A stretch of 64,000 bases of DNA from Chitinophagaceae bacterium (GCA_041739485.1 JBGSNV010000119.1:778-64777), one strand, 5' to 3'; positions 17,817 to 28,729 are shown, counted from the first letter of the stretch. Notes: a model not told the origin generated them from the letters alone. Translations and numbers: made by a program.

Positions 17817-18332
17817 ATGGCTACCAAAGCAACCACACGCAATACCATGCGGATCCTGCACCGCTATCTCGGATTTTTTCTCGCCGGTATCATGGCCGTT
17901 TATGCCCTTAGTGGCGTCATCCTCATTTTCCGGGATACCGATTTCCTGAAGCAGGACAAACCCATGGAAAAAACCATTGAACCCAACCAGCCGATCTCTG
18001 AAGTAGGAAAGGCCATTAAACAAAATGAACTGAAGATCAGCTCCGAGGATGCGACTATAATGGCTTTTGCAGGTGGCAATTACAATAAAACAACCGGGCT
18101 GATAAAATATACCGGCAGGGCCTTGCCCAACATGCTTGAGAAACTGACTCATTTGCATAAGGCAAAAACCACTGATCCGCTGTATTACCTGAATATCTTC
18201 TTCGGCGCCTCCCTCTTGTTTTTTGTTATCTCCTCCTTCTGGATGTTTCTGCCCAAAACCACCATTTTTAAAAAGGGAATCTACTTTACAGCAGCCGGCG
18301 TTGTTTTGACGATTATTTTGCTATACGCCTAA
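17817..18332 (+). CDS. PepSY-associated TM-domain protein
   Basis: Probable ATG at 17817; motifs MRILHRYLGFFLAG...YALSG and LTHLHKA; TM helices at both ends. Confidence 0.8.
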   Translation: MATKATTRNTMRILHRYLGFFLAGIMAVYALSGVILIFRDTDFLKQDKPMEKTIEPNQPISEVGKAIKQNELKISSEDATIMAFAGGNYNKTTGLIKYTGRALPNMLEKLTHLHKAKTTDPLYYLNIFFGASLLFFVISSFWMFLPKTTIFKKGIYFTAAGVVLTIILLYA

Positions 18333-18996
18333 CCAACATATAACCTATTGATACACTGCCCTGCATTTTTATTAAAATGACAGGGCAGTTGTTTATATGG
18401 GATTAATGAAAATTTACCAGGAATACTCCTTATAAAAAATACCCGAATCCATCTCCTGATATCCAGGAAAAGATTCCTATTTCGGGTTGAACCAGAAAAA
18501 GGACTTTTAAGTACCTCTTCATGAAATCCATCCAATTTCCAAAACCGGGAACAATAAAAAAACCAAATCAACTTGTTTATCCATATTGCAATTATGTATA
18601 AAAGCAAACAGATTGTGTAAGATTTTTAGCCTTGCAGCTGCCTACCTTTGACCTGATAACGAAATAACCATAGATTCCAAAAAAAGCCTGGTAAAAAATA
18701 ATTAGCCCGTATAAAAAAAACATTTTTAAGCAATCACAAGAATTAACTTTCATTTAAATTTCCTGTGATTAGAAATGTCAGGGTTCAGGCATTTACATCA
18801 GCCTTGCGGCAAAAGAATTAGCTTTCAGACAGAAGCGAGACAAGAAGAGTTACTGAGGTTTTATTACACTCCGGTAAGAAGAAAAGAAAGCATTTCGAAA
18901 AAAAACCAGAAGGCGCGAAGATCGCTGCAAAAAAGTAGAAGCTTAAATAAAACTTAATAAAATAAAGATCAATTATTCACTCAAAAAAAGAAAATC

Positions 18997-19182
18997 ATGA
19001 ACAGCACCGAAATGAAAGGAAATTGGAATGAAATGAAAGGTAAACTCAAGCAAAAGTTTGCTGAACTTACAGACGACGATCTGCTCTATGTAGAAGGGAA
19101 GGAAGATGAATTATATGGCAGAATTCAGCAGAAAGTTGGCAAATCGAAAGATGAAGTCAAAAAAATGATTGCTGAAATGTAG
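18997..19182 (+). CDS. CsbD family stress protein
   Basis: KGNWNEMKGKLKQKFAELTDDDL...EGKEDELYGRIQQKVGKSKDE. Confidence 0.95.
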   Translation: MNSTEMKGNWNEMKGKLKQKFAELTDDDLLYVEGKEDELYGRIQQKVGKSKDEVKKMIAEM

Positions 19183-19203
19183 TCTGTTATTATTCGTCAA
19201 CTC

Positions 19204-19257
19204 ACAGTCTTTAAAAGTGAAGAAAGCATTTGCTTGCTCACTTTTAAAGACTGTTTT
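19204..19257 (+). terminator. Long-stem terminator after the CsbD gene
   Basis: Perfect 17-bp inverted repeat acagtctttaaaagtga/tcacttttaaagactgt followed by T's. Confidence 0.75.
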
Positions 19258-20157
19258 CGTATATAAAAACTTCAATTCATACAAAGATTCTCTTTGATTT
19301 CAATGGAGGGCTTCCAATTACAAATTTTATAGGATACTGCTAAGGAGCATACAATCATTCGGCTTAAAATAATAAAAAGCTTTACCCGATAAGCTTTTGA
19401 AGGTAGCTTACCTACTTAAGTGTTGATAATTTAAATTTAAAGAACTTACAATGGTTAAAAAAAATCAAAGCTCAAATGCCAGAAACTTCTTTAGTGCATA
19501 AGCTTCATCAAAACTCCAATCCAATTCCCCATCGAAAGGAAGGTTCTAACCATCAAAGGCCTTTTTAGGAAAATTGAGCGCTTGAACGAACGAAGGAATT
19601 AAGCGTCCAAAAGGTACCTAACCTTATAACAAATGATATTTTGTATAGATGACGTCCTTAATGAATAACACAAGGAGTTACGTAATAATCATTTTCTTTT
19701 AAAAAATAGGGTTAAACTTTTCATACCGTTAAAGTACCATTAAAAACTCTGAACTATAATACTAATAAAAGCAGCATCAATTGCCATCAAAAAAAATAAA
19801 ACCCAATTACCTGGGTATAAATACCCGATTTCCTGATGAATAAACCACTTTAACGTTAGCATGCTATTAAAGCTGACATATAATGCTGGTTAAAATGTTT
19901 AAAAATTGCAAAACATTAAAACAATCTAAATAATTCCTTAATTAAATATCCTGATTTAATTTAACCTCTCCTTGTCAATGGAAAACTATGTTTATTAAAA
20001 AAGCATTTATTTTGCTTCATCCTTCGACATGATTATTTCACTCTAACAGGAAAAGAAAATCCTAATGAGTTTTCGACTACACTCTTTCACCACACAAAGT
20101 AGTTAACAATAAAAAAATGGAACGATCCAATAGGTTTGTCCAGCATCTTTTGCAGGT

Positions 20158-20724
20158 ATGGTAATCAACTTAAAATTCGACTATAATACGCTTTGCCAAA
20201 AAGTAATGATGGATAAGCTGGAGCACTATCAGTTAAAGTATTGTATACTAAACTTTGGAGAAATTAAATTTCTGGAAGAGGGACAAGAAGAAAAAATTGA
20301 CCTATTCAAAAAAGATCTTTTGGATTATGGTATCGAAATAATAGAGCATCAAAAAACAATACTGGTGCAAAAAATAAAAGATGTAATTAAAGAAATGATT
20401 TATAATGAAAATGAGCAAATTGAAATAAAAAGTTCTGCTCACATTTCAGAAAAGTTGGGTTTTAGTTATGGCTATTTATCCAAACTATTCTCAGAAATAA
20501 CATTTACCTCCATAGAAAATTTTCTGATTATTCAAAAAGTAGAATATACCAAATACCTCATCGTAAACAATCACTTGTCCTTTTCTGAAATAGCTTATAA
20601 ATTAAATTATTCAAGCGCTGCCCATCTGAGTACACAATTTAAAAACACCACAGGTATCACCCCATCTGCATTTCTAAGAATCATTAAGAAAAGAAAAGCC
20701 ATTCAATTTCATCATGTAAACTAA
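20158..20724 (+). CDS. AraC-family HTH regulator
   Basis: Motifs LGFSYGYLSKLFSE and FSEIAYKLNYSSAAHLSTQFKNTTGITPSAF. Confidence 0.9.
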   Translation: MVINLKFDYNTLCQKVMMDKLEHYQLKYCILNFGEIKFLEEGQEEKIDLFKKDLLDYGIEIIEHQKTILVQKIKDVIKEMIYNENEQIEIKSSAHISEKLGFSYGYLSKLFSEITFTSIENFLIIQKVEYTKYLIVNNHLSFSEIAYKLNYSSAAHLSTQFKNTTGITPSAFLRIIKKRKAIQFHHVN

Positions 20725-21176
20725 TGAATATGCTGACAGATACCATACGTATCATCCTGGCAGATGATGACGAAGATGACAGGAACTTCTTTGTAGAAGC
20801 TTTTGAAGAAATTAAAATAAAAACTATAGTTACAACCGTCAGGAACGGGTCTGAATTACTGCAACAATTAAACGACTGCAGAAACGTTTTGCCTCATATC
20901 ATTTTTTTAGACCTGAATATGCCTATCATAAACGGTATGGATTGCCTGAAATTGATCAGAGAAAATGAAACATTTAAAAATGTGGCAATCGCTATATATT
21001 CAACTTCTTCCTCTGAAGAAGACATAGAAAACACCTTTGTTTTGGGAGCAAATATCTATATAAAAAAACCAAATGATTTTCATATTCTAAAGAAAATCCT
21101 TTCAAATGTTGTATCAATGAACCTGCAATTCGAAACCAATGGCTTAAATAAGGAGAACTTTTTACTGAGAATTTAA
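20724..21176 (+). CDS. Single-domain response regulator (Rcp1-like receiver)
   Basis: ILADDDEDD, IFLDLNMP, YSTSS, YIKKP; overlaps the AraC gene stop (TAATG). Confidence 0.95.
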   Translation: MNMLTDTIRIILADDDEDDRNFFVEAFEEIKIKTIVTTVRNGSELLQQLNDCRNVLPHIIFLDLNMPIINGMDCLKLIRENETFKNVAIAIYSTSSSEEDIENTFVLGANIYIKKPNDFHILKKILSNVVSMNLQFETNGLNKENFLLRI

Positions 21177-21186
21177 AAATAGGAGC

Positions 21187-23388
21187 ATGAAGATTTCAAA
21201 CTCACAATTTGTCTCCCGGATAATTTTTACCTTAAGTCTGTTTGTTTTGTTATTTATTGGTGCTATTACATTTAAGCATACTACCAATATCTCAAGGGCA
21301 TCCAAAGTACTACTGGAAACCTATGAAGTAAATTTGGCATTGGAACACTTATTCAATGATATTGTAGATTCGGAAAATTCATTAAGGGGATACCTGATCA
21401 CAAGCGATACGACCCATTTAAGATCTTATAGAAATACGATAAAAAAAGTAAACTACTCTTTCTTACTCCTCAAAGCACTAACCAACGAAAACCAAATACA
21501 ACGGGACAATCTGAGAATGCTATATCATTACATATCGGAGCGAAATAATAAAATCACTTCCTTTATGGAACTGCTTCCGGAAAACGGGGTAAACAGAAAT
21601 CAGGAACTTAGAAAAATATTCAAAGAAAGTGATACCCTCATTCAGGAAATAAGGGAAAAGGTTTCAGAAATGATAGCCAATGAAGAAAGCTATCTGAAAC
21701 AGAGAAATCTTAAATATACCAATCAGATATACCTTACACCCATTTTGGCATTTGGTATTCTTTTTATAATACTGTTACTGCTTATACTTACCTATTACCG
21801 GACTTCAAGAAACCTCGAACAGCTTCAAACAACAAATACCAAACTTAAAAAATCACAATTTCTAAGTTATCAGGCAGAAATTCTTTCAGAATTCGGAACC
21901 TGGGAATGGGATCTTATTACACAAACTTTAAAATATTCTGACAATTTCTATCGAATTCTTGGAGCCGAACCTCAATCTTTCGAAGCAACCAATGAAAACT
22001 TTTTTCCCTTTGTGCATCCTGAAGATATGGGGGCAGTCAATACCATCATTGAAAAAATCCTTGAATTGGAAGAATTGCCTTACTCCTATTACAGGATCAT
22101 TAGAAAAGATGGCCAAATAAGAAACTTACGGGCAACCGGAAAATTATTCACCGGGGAAGGTGGAATGAAAATTGTATTGGGCGTAACCGAAGATATAACA
22201 ACCGAAACCGCCAAAACCGAACTTCTGTTAAGTAATAATGAAGAACTTCAAAAAACAAACAAGGAACTAAAAATCCTGTCTGAGTCTGGAAAACAAGCTG
22301 AAATACTGGGGAATTACGGAAGCTGGATTTTGGACTATGAAACCGGAAGATATACCTACTCAGACAATAAATTCCGATTATTGGGATTTGAACCCCAATC
22401 GTTTTATCCAGGCATTGAAAGAATACTCGAACTTATTCATCCTGAAGATAAATACCTAATTGAAGAAGCTTACCAAAATTCAAGGGAAGGGAAAGATATT
22501 CCTTCCATCACTTATAGAATCATCAAACAAGATGGAACCATCAGACTGTTCAAAACGATTGCTAAATCCATTATAGATTCGAGGGGAAAAAGAACACTGA
22601 TTGGTACAACACAGGACATAACAGAAGACTATAATAAAAGCCTTCAGCTGAAAGAAAGAAATAAAGAACTTGAACAAACCATTAAAGAACTGAATGAGTT
22701 TAATTATGTGGCAAGCCACGACTTACAGGAACCCCTGAGAAAAATACAAACCTTTATTTCGCGAATCAAAGAAAAAGAAAAAGATACTCTGACTGAGTTT
22801 GGTAAAGACTATTTGCATCGGGTAAATGTTGCATCCATTCGTATGCGGGGACTTATTGATGACCTTCTTCAATATTCAAAAGCGAATAAGGAAAAAAAGA
22901 TTTTGATAAAAACAGATTTAAATAAAGCTCTTCAGAATAGTCTGATTGTGCTTTCTCAAAAAATTGAGGAAAAAAAAGTGAGGCTAACCCAACAAAGACT
23001 TCCTGCCATCCATGGTATTCCATTTCAGTTGCAACAATTATTTACCAACCTACTAAGCAATTCAATTAAATACAGTAAAGAAGATACCGAACCATTGATA
23101 AGTATTACCTATGAAAAAGTGATTGCAAAAAATGAAAAACCTTTACAGGAAAACAGCAACAGATATTTCCATAAGATTAATTTCACAGACAATGGTATTG
23201 GGTTTGAACAGGTAAATGGTGAAAAAATATTCCTATTATTCAAAAGACTTCACGGGAAAACAGAATATGATGGTACCGGTGTAGGATTGGCAATCTGCAA
23301 GAAAATAGTAGAAAACCATAAAGGACAAATTTTTGCGTATAGTAAGCCGGAAAAAGGTACAACTATCACGGTATATTTTCCGGTTTGA
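21187..23388 (+). CDS. CHASE3 + 2xPAS sensor histidine kinase
   Basis: TM-CHASE3 (ENSLRGYLIT)-TM; two PAS_3-like repeats; H-box ASHDLQEPLRKI; N box NSIKY; G boxes DNGIGF and GTGVGLAICKKI. Confidence 0.95.
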   Translation: MKISNSQFVSRIIFTLSLFVLLFIGAITFKHTTNISRASKVLLETYEVNLALEHLFNDIVDSENSLRGYLITSDTTHLRSYRNTIKKVNYSFLLLKALTNENQIQRDNLRMLYHYISERNNKITSFMELLPENGVNRNQELRKIFKESDTLIQEIREKVSEMIANEESYLKQRNLKYTNQIYLTPILAFGILFIILLLLILTYYRTSRNLEQLQTTNTKLKKSQFLSYQAEILSEFGTWEWDLITQTLKYSDNFYRILGAEPQSFEATNENFFPFVHPEDMGAVNTIIEKILELEELPYSYYRIIRKDGQIRNLRATGKLFTGEGGMKIVLGVTEDITTETAKTELLLSNNEELQKTNKELKILSESGKQAEILGNYGSWILDYETGRYTYSDNKFRLLGFEPQSFYPGIERILELIHPEDKYLIEEAYQNSREGKDIPSITYRIIKQDGTIRLFKTIAKSIIDSRGKRTLIGTTQDITEDYNKSLQLKERNKELEQTIKELNEFNYVASHDLQEPLRKIQTFISRIKEKEKDTLTEFGKDYLHRVNVASIRMRGLIDDLLQYSKANKEKKILIKTDLNKALQNSLIVLSQKIEEKKVRLTQQRLPAIHGIPFQLQQLFTNLLSNSIKYSKEDTEPLISITYEKVIAKNEKPLQENSNRYFHKINFTDNGIGFEQVNGEKIFLLFKRLHGKTEYDGTGVGLAICKKIVENHKGQIFAYSKPEKGTTITVYFPV

Positions 23389-23513
23389 TCAGAAAATAAA
23401 TTATCAGGATTCATAAATAAAAAATACATAGAAATTTTAAAAGGTTTTTTTAAAATTGTATAATAAAAAATACCTGAATATTGAAACCTTTATAGCAAAA
23501 GACAACATTCAAT

Positions 23514-24059
23514 ATGTTACTGATAGAATCCAAATACTTTTTACTTTTTATAACATTTATCACGTCGATGCTGATGGGTTGCGGAAACAATCCTGTCTAT
23601 AAGGAAACAATTCTTTTAAAAGAAATTTTCACGGAAGAAACCAATCGCAACCATTTTAAATACCTATATAACCTGTTTGATGTTCATTATAAATCGATTT
23701 ATTTAACTGATCTGGCTTTCAAAAAATGCAGGGCATATCCTGAAATTCTTTCGATATACAAAGTAAAAAAAGATCAGGAACTCCTTCTTTCCCAACTAAA
23801 AGAAATAACTGAAAAGAAACTGATTCTGATACCAATTACAGATTCTCAACTTAACCATTCAAATAACAACTCTTCTCACATGAAATCTTCGGAGGAAATC
23901 ATGGGTCAACTCCACCATGAACTTGAAATGCAAAAGAAAGAATACAAGTTTATTAAAAATAATATAACAGATAAAGAATTATTAACTCATTCAGAGAACG
24001 CTATAATGATCCTGACGAAAAATCTGGCAACCCTTAAAAATCCGAACCGGATTATGTAG
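23514..24059 (+). CDS. Hypothetical lipoprotein (possibly a diverged DUF4142-like protein)
   Basis: Lipobox-like LMGC; helical composition; located in a stress-gene cluster. Confidence 0.5.
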   Translation: MLLIESKYFLLFITFITSMLMGCGNNPVYKETILLKEIFTEETNRNHFKYLYNLFDVHYKSIYLTDLAFKKCRAYPEILSIYKVKKDQELLLSQLKEITEKKLILIPITDSQLNHSNNNSSHMKSSEEIMGQLHHELEMQKKEYKFIKNNITDKELLTHSENAIMILTKNLATLKNPNRIM

Positions 24060-24441
24060 GACATTCTTTAAAAGGAAACACTTTAATCTCCTGATTGTAA
24101 CACCTGCACTTTTACCTACTCACTGTTAAAAAAACGTTTTACAAATGGTAGGCAAGAAATTGAAATTATATAATCCTAAGAAAAGATCCTGTAAGATATA
24201 TAAGAGACATGAATAGCATCTTTGCATTCATACCAAATCAATGTAGAGGGTGCTTCACCCAATCTGTTCCATTCAAATAAATGCATTTGAAAGCAATAAG
24301 AATAGCAGAGATTTAAAACTTTCAGCGATAAGCTGTTTCAATGGGAATGACAATTTTCTCTGCATTTGTACAGGCATATATATTAAGGAAAAAAAACAGT
24401 ATCAAAATAGAAATGAAACAGCCCTTTAAAAAAAACAAAAT

Positions 24442-25095
24442 ATGAAAAAAACAACAAAAAAGTTCCTGATTGCCTTCATTTGTATGATTATACAATCAGG
24501 TATTAATTACGCTCAAACAAACCCTTCGTCTAAACCCTATTTGGGCTTAAAGGGAGGTTTGAACTTTTCCAATCTTTATACGGATGAAGTGGATGACAAT
24601 AATGTTCTGACAAGTTTTAATACCGGAATATATGCAAATATCCCTTTTACTAAATTTATTTCCTTTCAACCGGAGTTTATATTCAGCAGAAAAGGCTCCG
24701 AACAAACCTATAATAACCTGCTTGCCTCTGGCACAGCAAGGATTAATCTGAACTACATAGAAGCACCCATTCTATTAAAAATAAATGTGGCTCCTGCTTT
24801 TAATATTCATGCCGGTCCGTATTTTGCCTACTTGATTGATGCTCAGGTAAAAAATGAAACGAACAGTGGCAGCTTCGATTTTGAAAATAATATTGACAAT
24901 GACGATCTGAATAAATTCGATTACGGATTGTCTGCCGGATTTGGTTTCGATTTTACATCTATTGGCATAGGAGCCCGGTATAATTATGGCCTTCGGGCAG
25001 TAGGTAAAGAGCGTGAATTTGGCGGCACTACTTATACCCTTCCGGAAGGGAAAAATAGCAATATCAGCATTTATCTCGCAATCAAATTAAATTAA
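24442..25095 (+). CDS. Outer-membrane beta-barrel (porin family) protein
   Basis: Signal peptide; GLKGGLNFSN, FQPEFIFSRKG, LNYIEAPIL, HAGPYFAYL, ARYNYGL. Confidence 0.9.
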   Translation: MKKTTKKFLIAFICMIIQSGINYAQTNPSSKPYLGLKGGLNFSNLYTDEVDDNNVLTSFNTGIYANIPFTKFISFQPEFIFSRKGSEQTYNNLLASGTARINLNYIEAPILLKINVAPAFNIHAGPYFAYLIDAQVKNETNSGSFDFENNIDNDDLNKFDYGLSAGFGFDFTSIGIGARYNYGLRAVGKEREFGGTTYTLPEGKNSNISIYLAIKLN

Positions 25096-25120
25096 TTCAT
25101 TCATCTTTAAAATAAATCTC

Positions 25121-25273
25121 ATGCAAAGTTTATTATATCTCGTTGCCGTAGTACTTGTAATTCTTTGGGCTTTAGGCTTCTTCGTTTACAGTGTAGGTTC
25201 TATTATACATATCCTGCTTGTACTCGCCGTAATTTCTGTACTCCTTCGGTTAATTAGGGGAAAAGGAGTATAA
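25121..25273 (+). CDS. Small membrane protein, lmo0937/DUF5670-like (50 aa; below the ORF-track cutoff)
   Basis: MQSLLYLVAVVLVILWALGFFVYSVGSIIHILLVLAVISVLLRLIRGKGV*, containing the family motif W.LGF...G..IHILLV.A. Confidence 0.9.
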   Translation: MQSLLYLVAVVLVILWALGFFVYSVGSIIHILLVLAVISVLLRLIRGKGV

Positions 25274-25426
25274 TCCTCTCCTTTTGACTCCTAAAGAGCA
25301 AAAAAAAGAATTGAAAAATATCATTAAAAATAAGCGCCTGGCAAATTTTGAAAAGAATTTCTTTAATTATGTAACAGCACAACCTTAAAGAAATAATAAT
25401 TTTACAAAAACGAAAAATCAAGAAAA

Positions 25427-26068
25427 ATGAAAATTATAAAATGGAGTCTGCCACTTGCTATAATAGTTATAGCTACCTTTTCCTGTACCGATCCAAATCA
25501 GGAAAATGCAAGGACCTCCTTATCCAAATTTGAAAATTATGTCGACTCCGTTTCAAAAGAAGTAAAAACAGAAACTTCAGCCGCCTGGGAGGATGTTGAA
25601 AACAACTACGAGAAACTTAGGATTGATACAAAAGCTGCCATAAACGAAGCCACCGACAAGGAGAAGCTGGAAAATGAAATGGAGGAAGTATCCATCAAAT
25701 GGAATAATTTCAAAAAAGAGCTTATGGTGGAAAAGGAGAAAATGGATAGCAAAAATGTGAATGCTAAACTTTTGTTTGGAGAAGCTTATGTAAGTGACAA
25801 CATGCAGTTCAACTGGGTAAACAAAAATAATATTCTGAACGTGTTTGAAAATTTCATCAATACAGTAGAAAGCAACAAAGACTTGTATTCAAAGGAAGAT
25901 TGGGATGAGATCAAAGGGATGTATGAAGCCCTTGATACCCGCAAAAATACGGTTGAATCAGAAGGCTTATCATCAGAAGATAATGTAAAGATTGCCGGAT
26001 TGAAATTAAAATTCAGTACGATGTATTCTATAAACAGAATGACTGCCAAATCCAATGAAAATATATAG
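25427..26068 (+). CDS. Hypothetical lipoprotein (DUF6565-like)
   Basis: Lipobox TFSC; C-terminal WVNKNNIL...FINTV..NKD.YS.EDWDEIK..YEALD.RK. Confidence 0.75.
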   Translation: MKIIKWSLPLAIIVIATFSCTDPNQENARTSLSKFENYVDSVSKEVKTETSAAWEDVENNYEKLRIDTKAAINEATDKEKLENEMEEVSIKWNNFKKELMVEKEKMDSKNVNAKLLFGEAYVSDNMQFNWVNKNNILNVFENFINTVESNKDLYSKEDWDEIKGMYEALDTRKNTVESEGLSSEDNVKIAGLKLKFSTMYSINRMTAKSNENI

Positions 26069-26152
26069 ACAAAAGAGTAATAACCCAACCGGATATATTA
26101 CCCCGGTTGTTTCAATAAAGTGAGGGCAAATCAGGCCCCAAGCCATTTCATC

Positions 26153-26188
26153 AAAAGCAATCAGTCCTAAGCACTGATTGCTTTTTTT
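26153..26188 (+). terminator. Intrinsic terminator
   Basis: aaaagcaatcagt-cctaagc-actgattgcttttttt. Confidence 0.8.
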
Positions 26189-26328
26189 AGTAGTAAACCG
26201 TTTGGAATTGAATATTTTTGATTGAATATTTAATATTGTCTTTTAACCATTTCACTTCCGATATCTATCGGATTGACTTTCGGCCCTTCACATTTCACGT
26301 TTTACATTTCACGTTCCAAAGAACTATC

Positions 26329-26610
26329 TGCTATTAATCAAACTCTTGCGGAGGGGCACCCCTCTGCCCGATAGGGAGAGGGGAAGGGGGTGAGGTACTC
26401 TTGCAGAGGGACACCACTCTATCCGATAGGGAAAAGGTAGTGAGGAAAGCTCCCTCAATCCCCCCACATGTGGGAAGTCGGTGTGTGCATGTGGTAAAGC
26501 TTAAGGTTTACCGCTCTCTCCTAAAAGCATGATATTAATCAGCCTCTTACGGAGGGGCACCCCTCTCCTGTGGAGAGGGGAAGGGGGTGAGGGGATAGGT
26601 GAGGGACAGG
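26329..26610. repeat. Cluster of REP-like composite repeats
   Basis: Three degenerate copies of ...GGAGGGGCACCCCTCT...GGAGAGGGGAAGGGGGTGAGG; reverse complement of 2551-2737. Confidence 0.85.
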
Positions 26611-26657
26611 GTCATTTCCTTTATGTACCTTATCTTAGGCGCAAATAAAAATGACGC

Positions 26658-28163
26658 ATGTATAGTTTTAAAGAAATTGTAGATACTCTCAATGCCATCA
26701 TCTGGAGCGATGCCCTCATTTATTTATTACTCTTTACCGGTATTTATTTTACGATAAGAATGCGTTTTTTTCAGGTACGTCTTTTCCGCGAAATGATCCG
26801 CCAACTGATGCAGGGTGGCAAATCCAAAGAAGGTATTTCTTCCTTTCAGGCACTTGCAGTTTCGCTCTCCGGCCGTGTAGGTACCGGTAATATTGCCGGA
26901 GTTGCCACTGCTATTTTCCTTGGAGGCCCGGGGGCAGTATTCTGGATGTGGGCCGTTGCTTTTCTTGGGGCAGGTTCCGCGTTTATTGAATCTACCCTTG
27001 GTCAGATATACAAACGCAATGAAAACGGACAATACCGGGGGGGACCAGCTTTTTATATCGAAGCAGGATTTAAAAACAAACAACTCGGACGGTATTATGC
27101 TTTTGCCTTTGCTATCTGTACCATTATTGCAACAGGATTTCTGTTGCCGGGTGTACAATCCAACAGCATAGCGGCGGCTGTAAAAAGTGCTTTTGGAATA
27201 AAGTACATATACACCGGCTTATTGCTTGCCGGTTTACTTGGCCTCATCATTTTTGGTGGTATCAAACTCATTGCCCGGGTGGCAGAGTACGTGGTCCCTT
27301 TTATGGCTATTGTTTACATATTAATCGCAGTAGTTGTATTGGTATTGAAATACGACAAAATACCTGAAGTTTTCGGATTGATTCTTGCAAGTGCATTTGG
27401 AGCAAAAGCCACCTTTGCAGGCATCCTTGGCGCTATGATATCAATAGGGGTAAAACGCGGCGTTTACAGCAACGAAGCCGGGCAAGGTACCGGACCACAC
27501 CCTGCCGCAGCAGCCGAGGTTTCCCATCCGGCAAAACAAGGTTTGGTACAGGCTTTCTCGGTATACATCGACACTTTGTTTATTTGTTCGGCCACCGCTT
27601 TTATGATCCTTGTTACGGGTATGTACAATGTAAAAGGACCCGACGAAGCCCTGTTGGTTGACAATGGATTGTACTATATGCAGGATGGGGTAAAATATCA
27701 GGATGGCAGCCCCACATACACACAGGCTGCAATTGATGCCGCTTTCAGTCCGGGGCAGGAAATATTTCACGCCGACTATGTGGGCACAGGCAGCTACTTT
27801 ATTGCGATTGCACTATTCTTTTTTGCCTTTACCACGCTGCTCGCCTACTATTATATTGCCGAAACCAATGTGGCCTGGCTAACCAAAAAACGGGGCGGAC
27901 CCCTGCTCATGTTGCTGCTCAAATTCGGCATCATGGCCTCGGTATTTTTTGGTTGTATACGCACGGCCACCGTAGCGTGGAGTCTCGGTGATATTGGAGT
28001 AGGCCTGATGGCCTGGCTGAATGTGATTGCAATCCTTATCCTTCAAAAGCCCGCGCTCAAAGCCTTTAAAGACTTTGAAGTACAAAGAAAAGCCGGCAAA
28101 GATCCCCAATTCGATCCCCGGCCACTTGGTATAAAAGGAGCAGATATTTGGGAGAAAGACTAA
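26658..28163 (+). CDS. Alanine/glycine:cation symporter (AgcS/AlsT family)
   Basis: RVGTGNIAGVA, GGPGAVFWMW, GGPAFYI, GVKRGVYSNEAGQG, FFAFTTL. Confidence 0.95.
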   Translation: MYSFKEIVDTLNAIIWSDALIYLLLFTGIYFTIRMRFFQVRLFREMIRQLMQGGKSKEGISSFQALAVSLSGRVGTGNIAGVATAIFLGGPGAVFWMWAVAFLGAGSAFIESTLGQIYKRNENGQYRGGPAFYIEAGFKNKQLGRYYAFAFAICTIIATGFLLPGVQSNSIAAAVKSAFGIKYIYTGLLLAGLLGLIIFGGIKLIARVAEYVVPFMAIVYILIAVVVLVLKYDKIPEVFGLILASAFGAKATFAGILGAMISIGVKRGVYSNEAGQGTGPHPAAAAEVSHPAKQGLVQAFSVYIDTLFICSATAFMILVTGMYNVKGPDEALLVDNGLYYMQDGVKYQDGSPTYTQAAIDAAFSPGQEIFHADYVGTGSYFIAIALFFFAFTTLLAYYYIAETNVAWLTKKRGGPLLMLLLKFGIMASVFFGCIRTATVAWSLGDIGVGLMAWLNVIAILILQKPALKAFKDFEVQRKAGKDPQFDPRPLGIKGADIWEKD

Positions 28164-28169
28164 AGGAAT

Positions 28170-28645
28170 GAATATTGCAGATTGAATATTGTTTATTGCA
28201 AATTGACAATTGAAGATTGCAAATTGAATAGGAGTAAGGTAGATTGAGTAGTCGGTAGTCCGTAGACGGTAGTCGGAAAGTCCGGAAGACGGGAAGTCCG
28301 GAAGACCGGAAGTTTGGAAGCCATTGAGTCGGTAGTCAGTAGTACATAGTTTGAGCCCGTAGTCCGAAACGCGATAACAAATCCCCTCCTCGGAGGGGTG
28401 GACGGGCATACCCGCAAATTGATGCCACGATGTAGAATTAAAAATGCCCGGCCGGGGTGGGTTTTTAGACGAAAGTCGATAGTCAGTAGTCGATAGTCCG
28501 TAGACTGTAGTCGGGAAGACGGAAAGTCCGGAAGACCGGAAGACAGAAAGTCGGGAAGTCCGAAAGACCGGAAGCAATTGAGTCGATAGTCGGTAGTCCC
28601 CAGACAACTGGTTTTTCACTTTTCACGTTTCACCTTTCACTTTTA
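28170..28645. repeat. Heptamer/octamer tandem repeat blocks flanking a central hairpin
   Basis: ATTGCAA-type block, then two AGTCGGT/AAGTCCGG blocks (about 28245-28345 and 28474-28600) around cccctcctcggagggg, then a TTTCAC(G/T) block. Confidence 0.85.
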
Positions 28646-28662
28646 CCATTAACAAGCCTGCC

Positions 28663-28726
28663 TGCTATTAATCAACCTTTTACGGAGGGGCACCCCTCTC
28701 CTGTGGAGAGGGGAAGGGGGTGAGGG
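28663..28726. repeat. REP-like composite repeat copy
   Basis: tgctattaatcaaccttttacggaggggcacccctctcctgtggagaggggaagggggtgaggg; near-identical to the reverse complement of about 2612-2675. Confidence 0.9.
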
Positions 28727-28729
28727 CTC

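Noticed and set aside
26200-26657. Glycine riboswitch upstream of the alanine/glycine symporter
   Set aside because: I found no aptamer consensus; the region is explained by dispersed repeats.
27879-28619. 246-aa minus-strand ORF (also 28193..28417)
   Set aside because: It is a translation of heptamer/octamer repeats (DYRL, TSGL units) and overlaps the symporter gene antisense.
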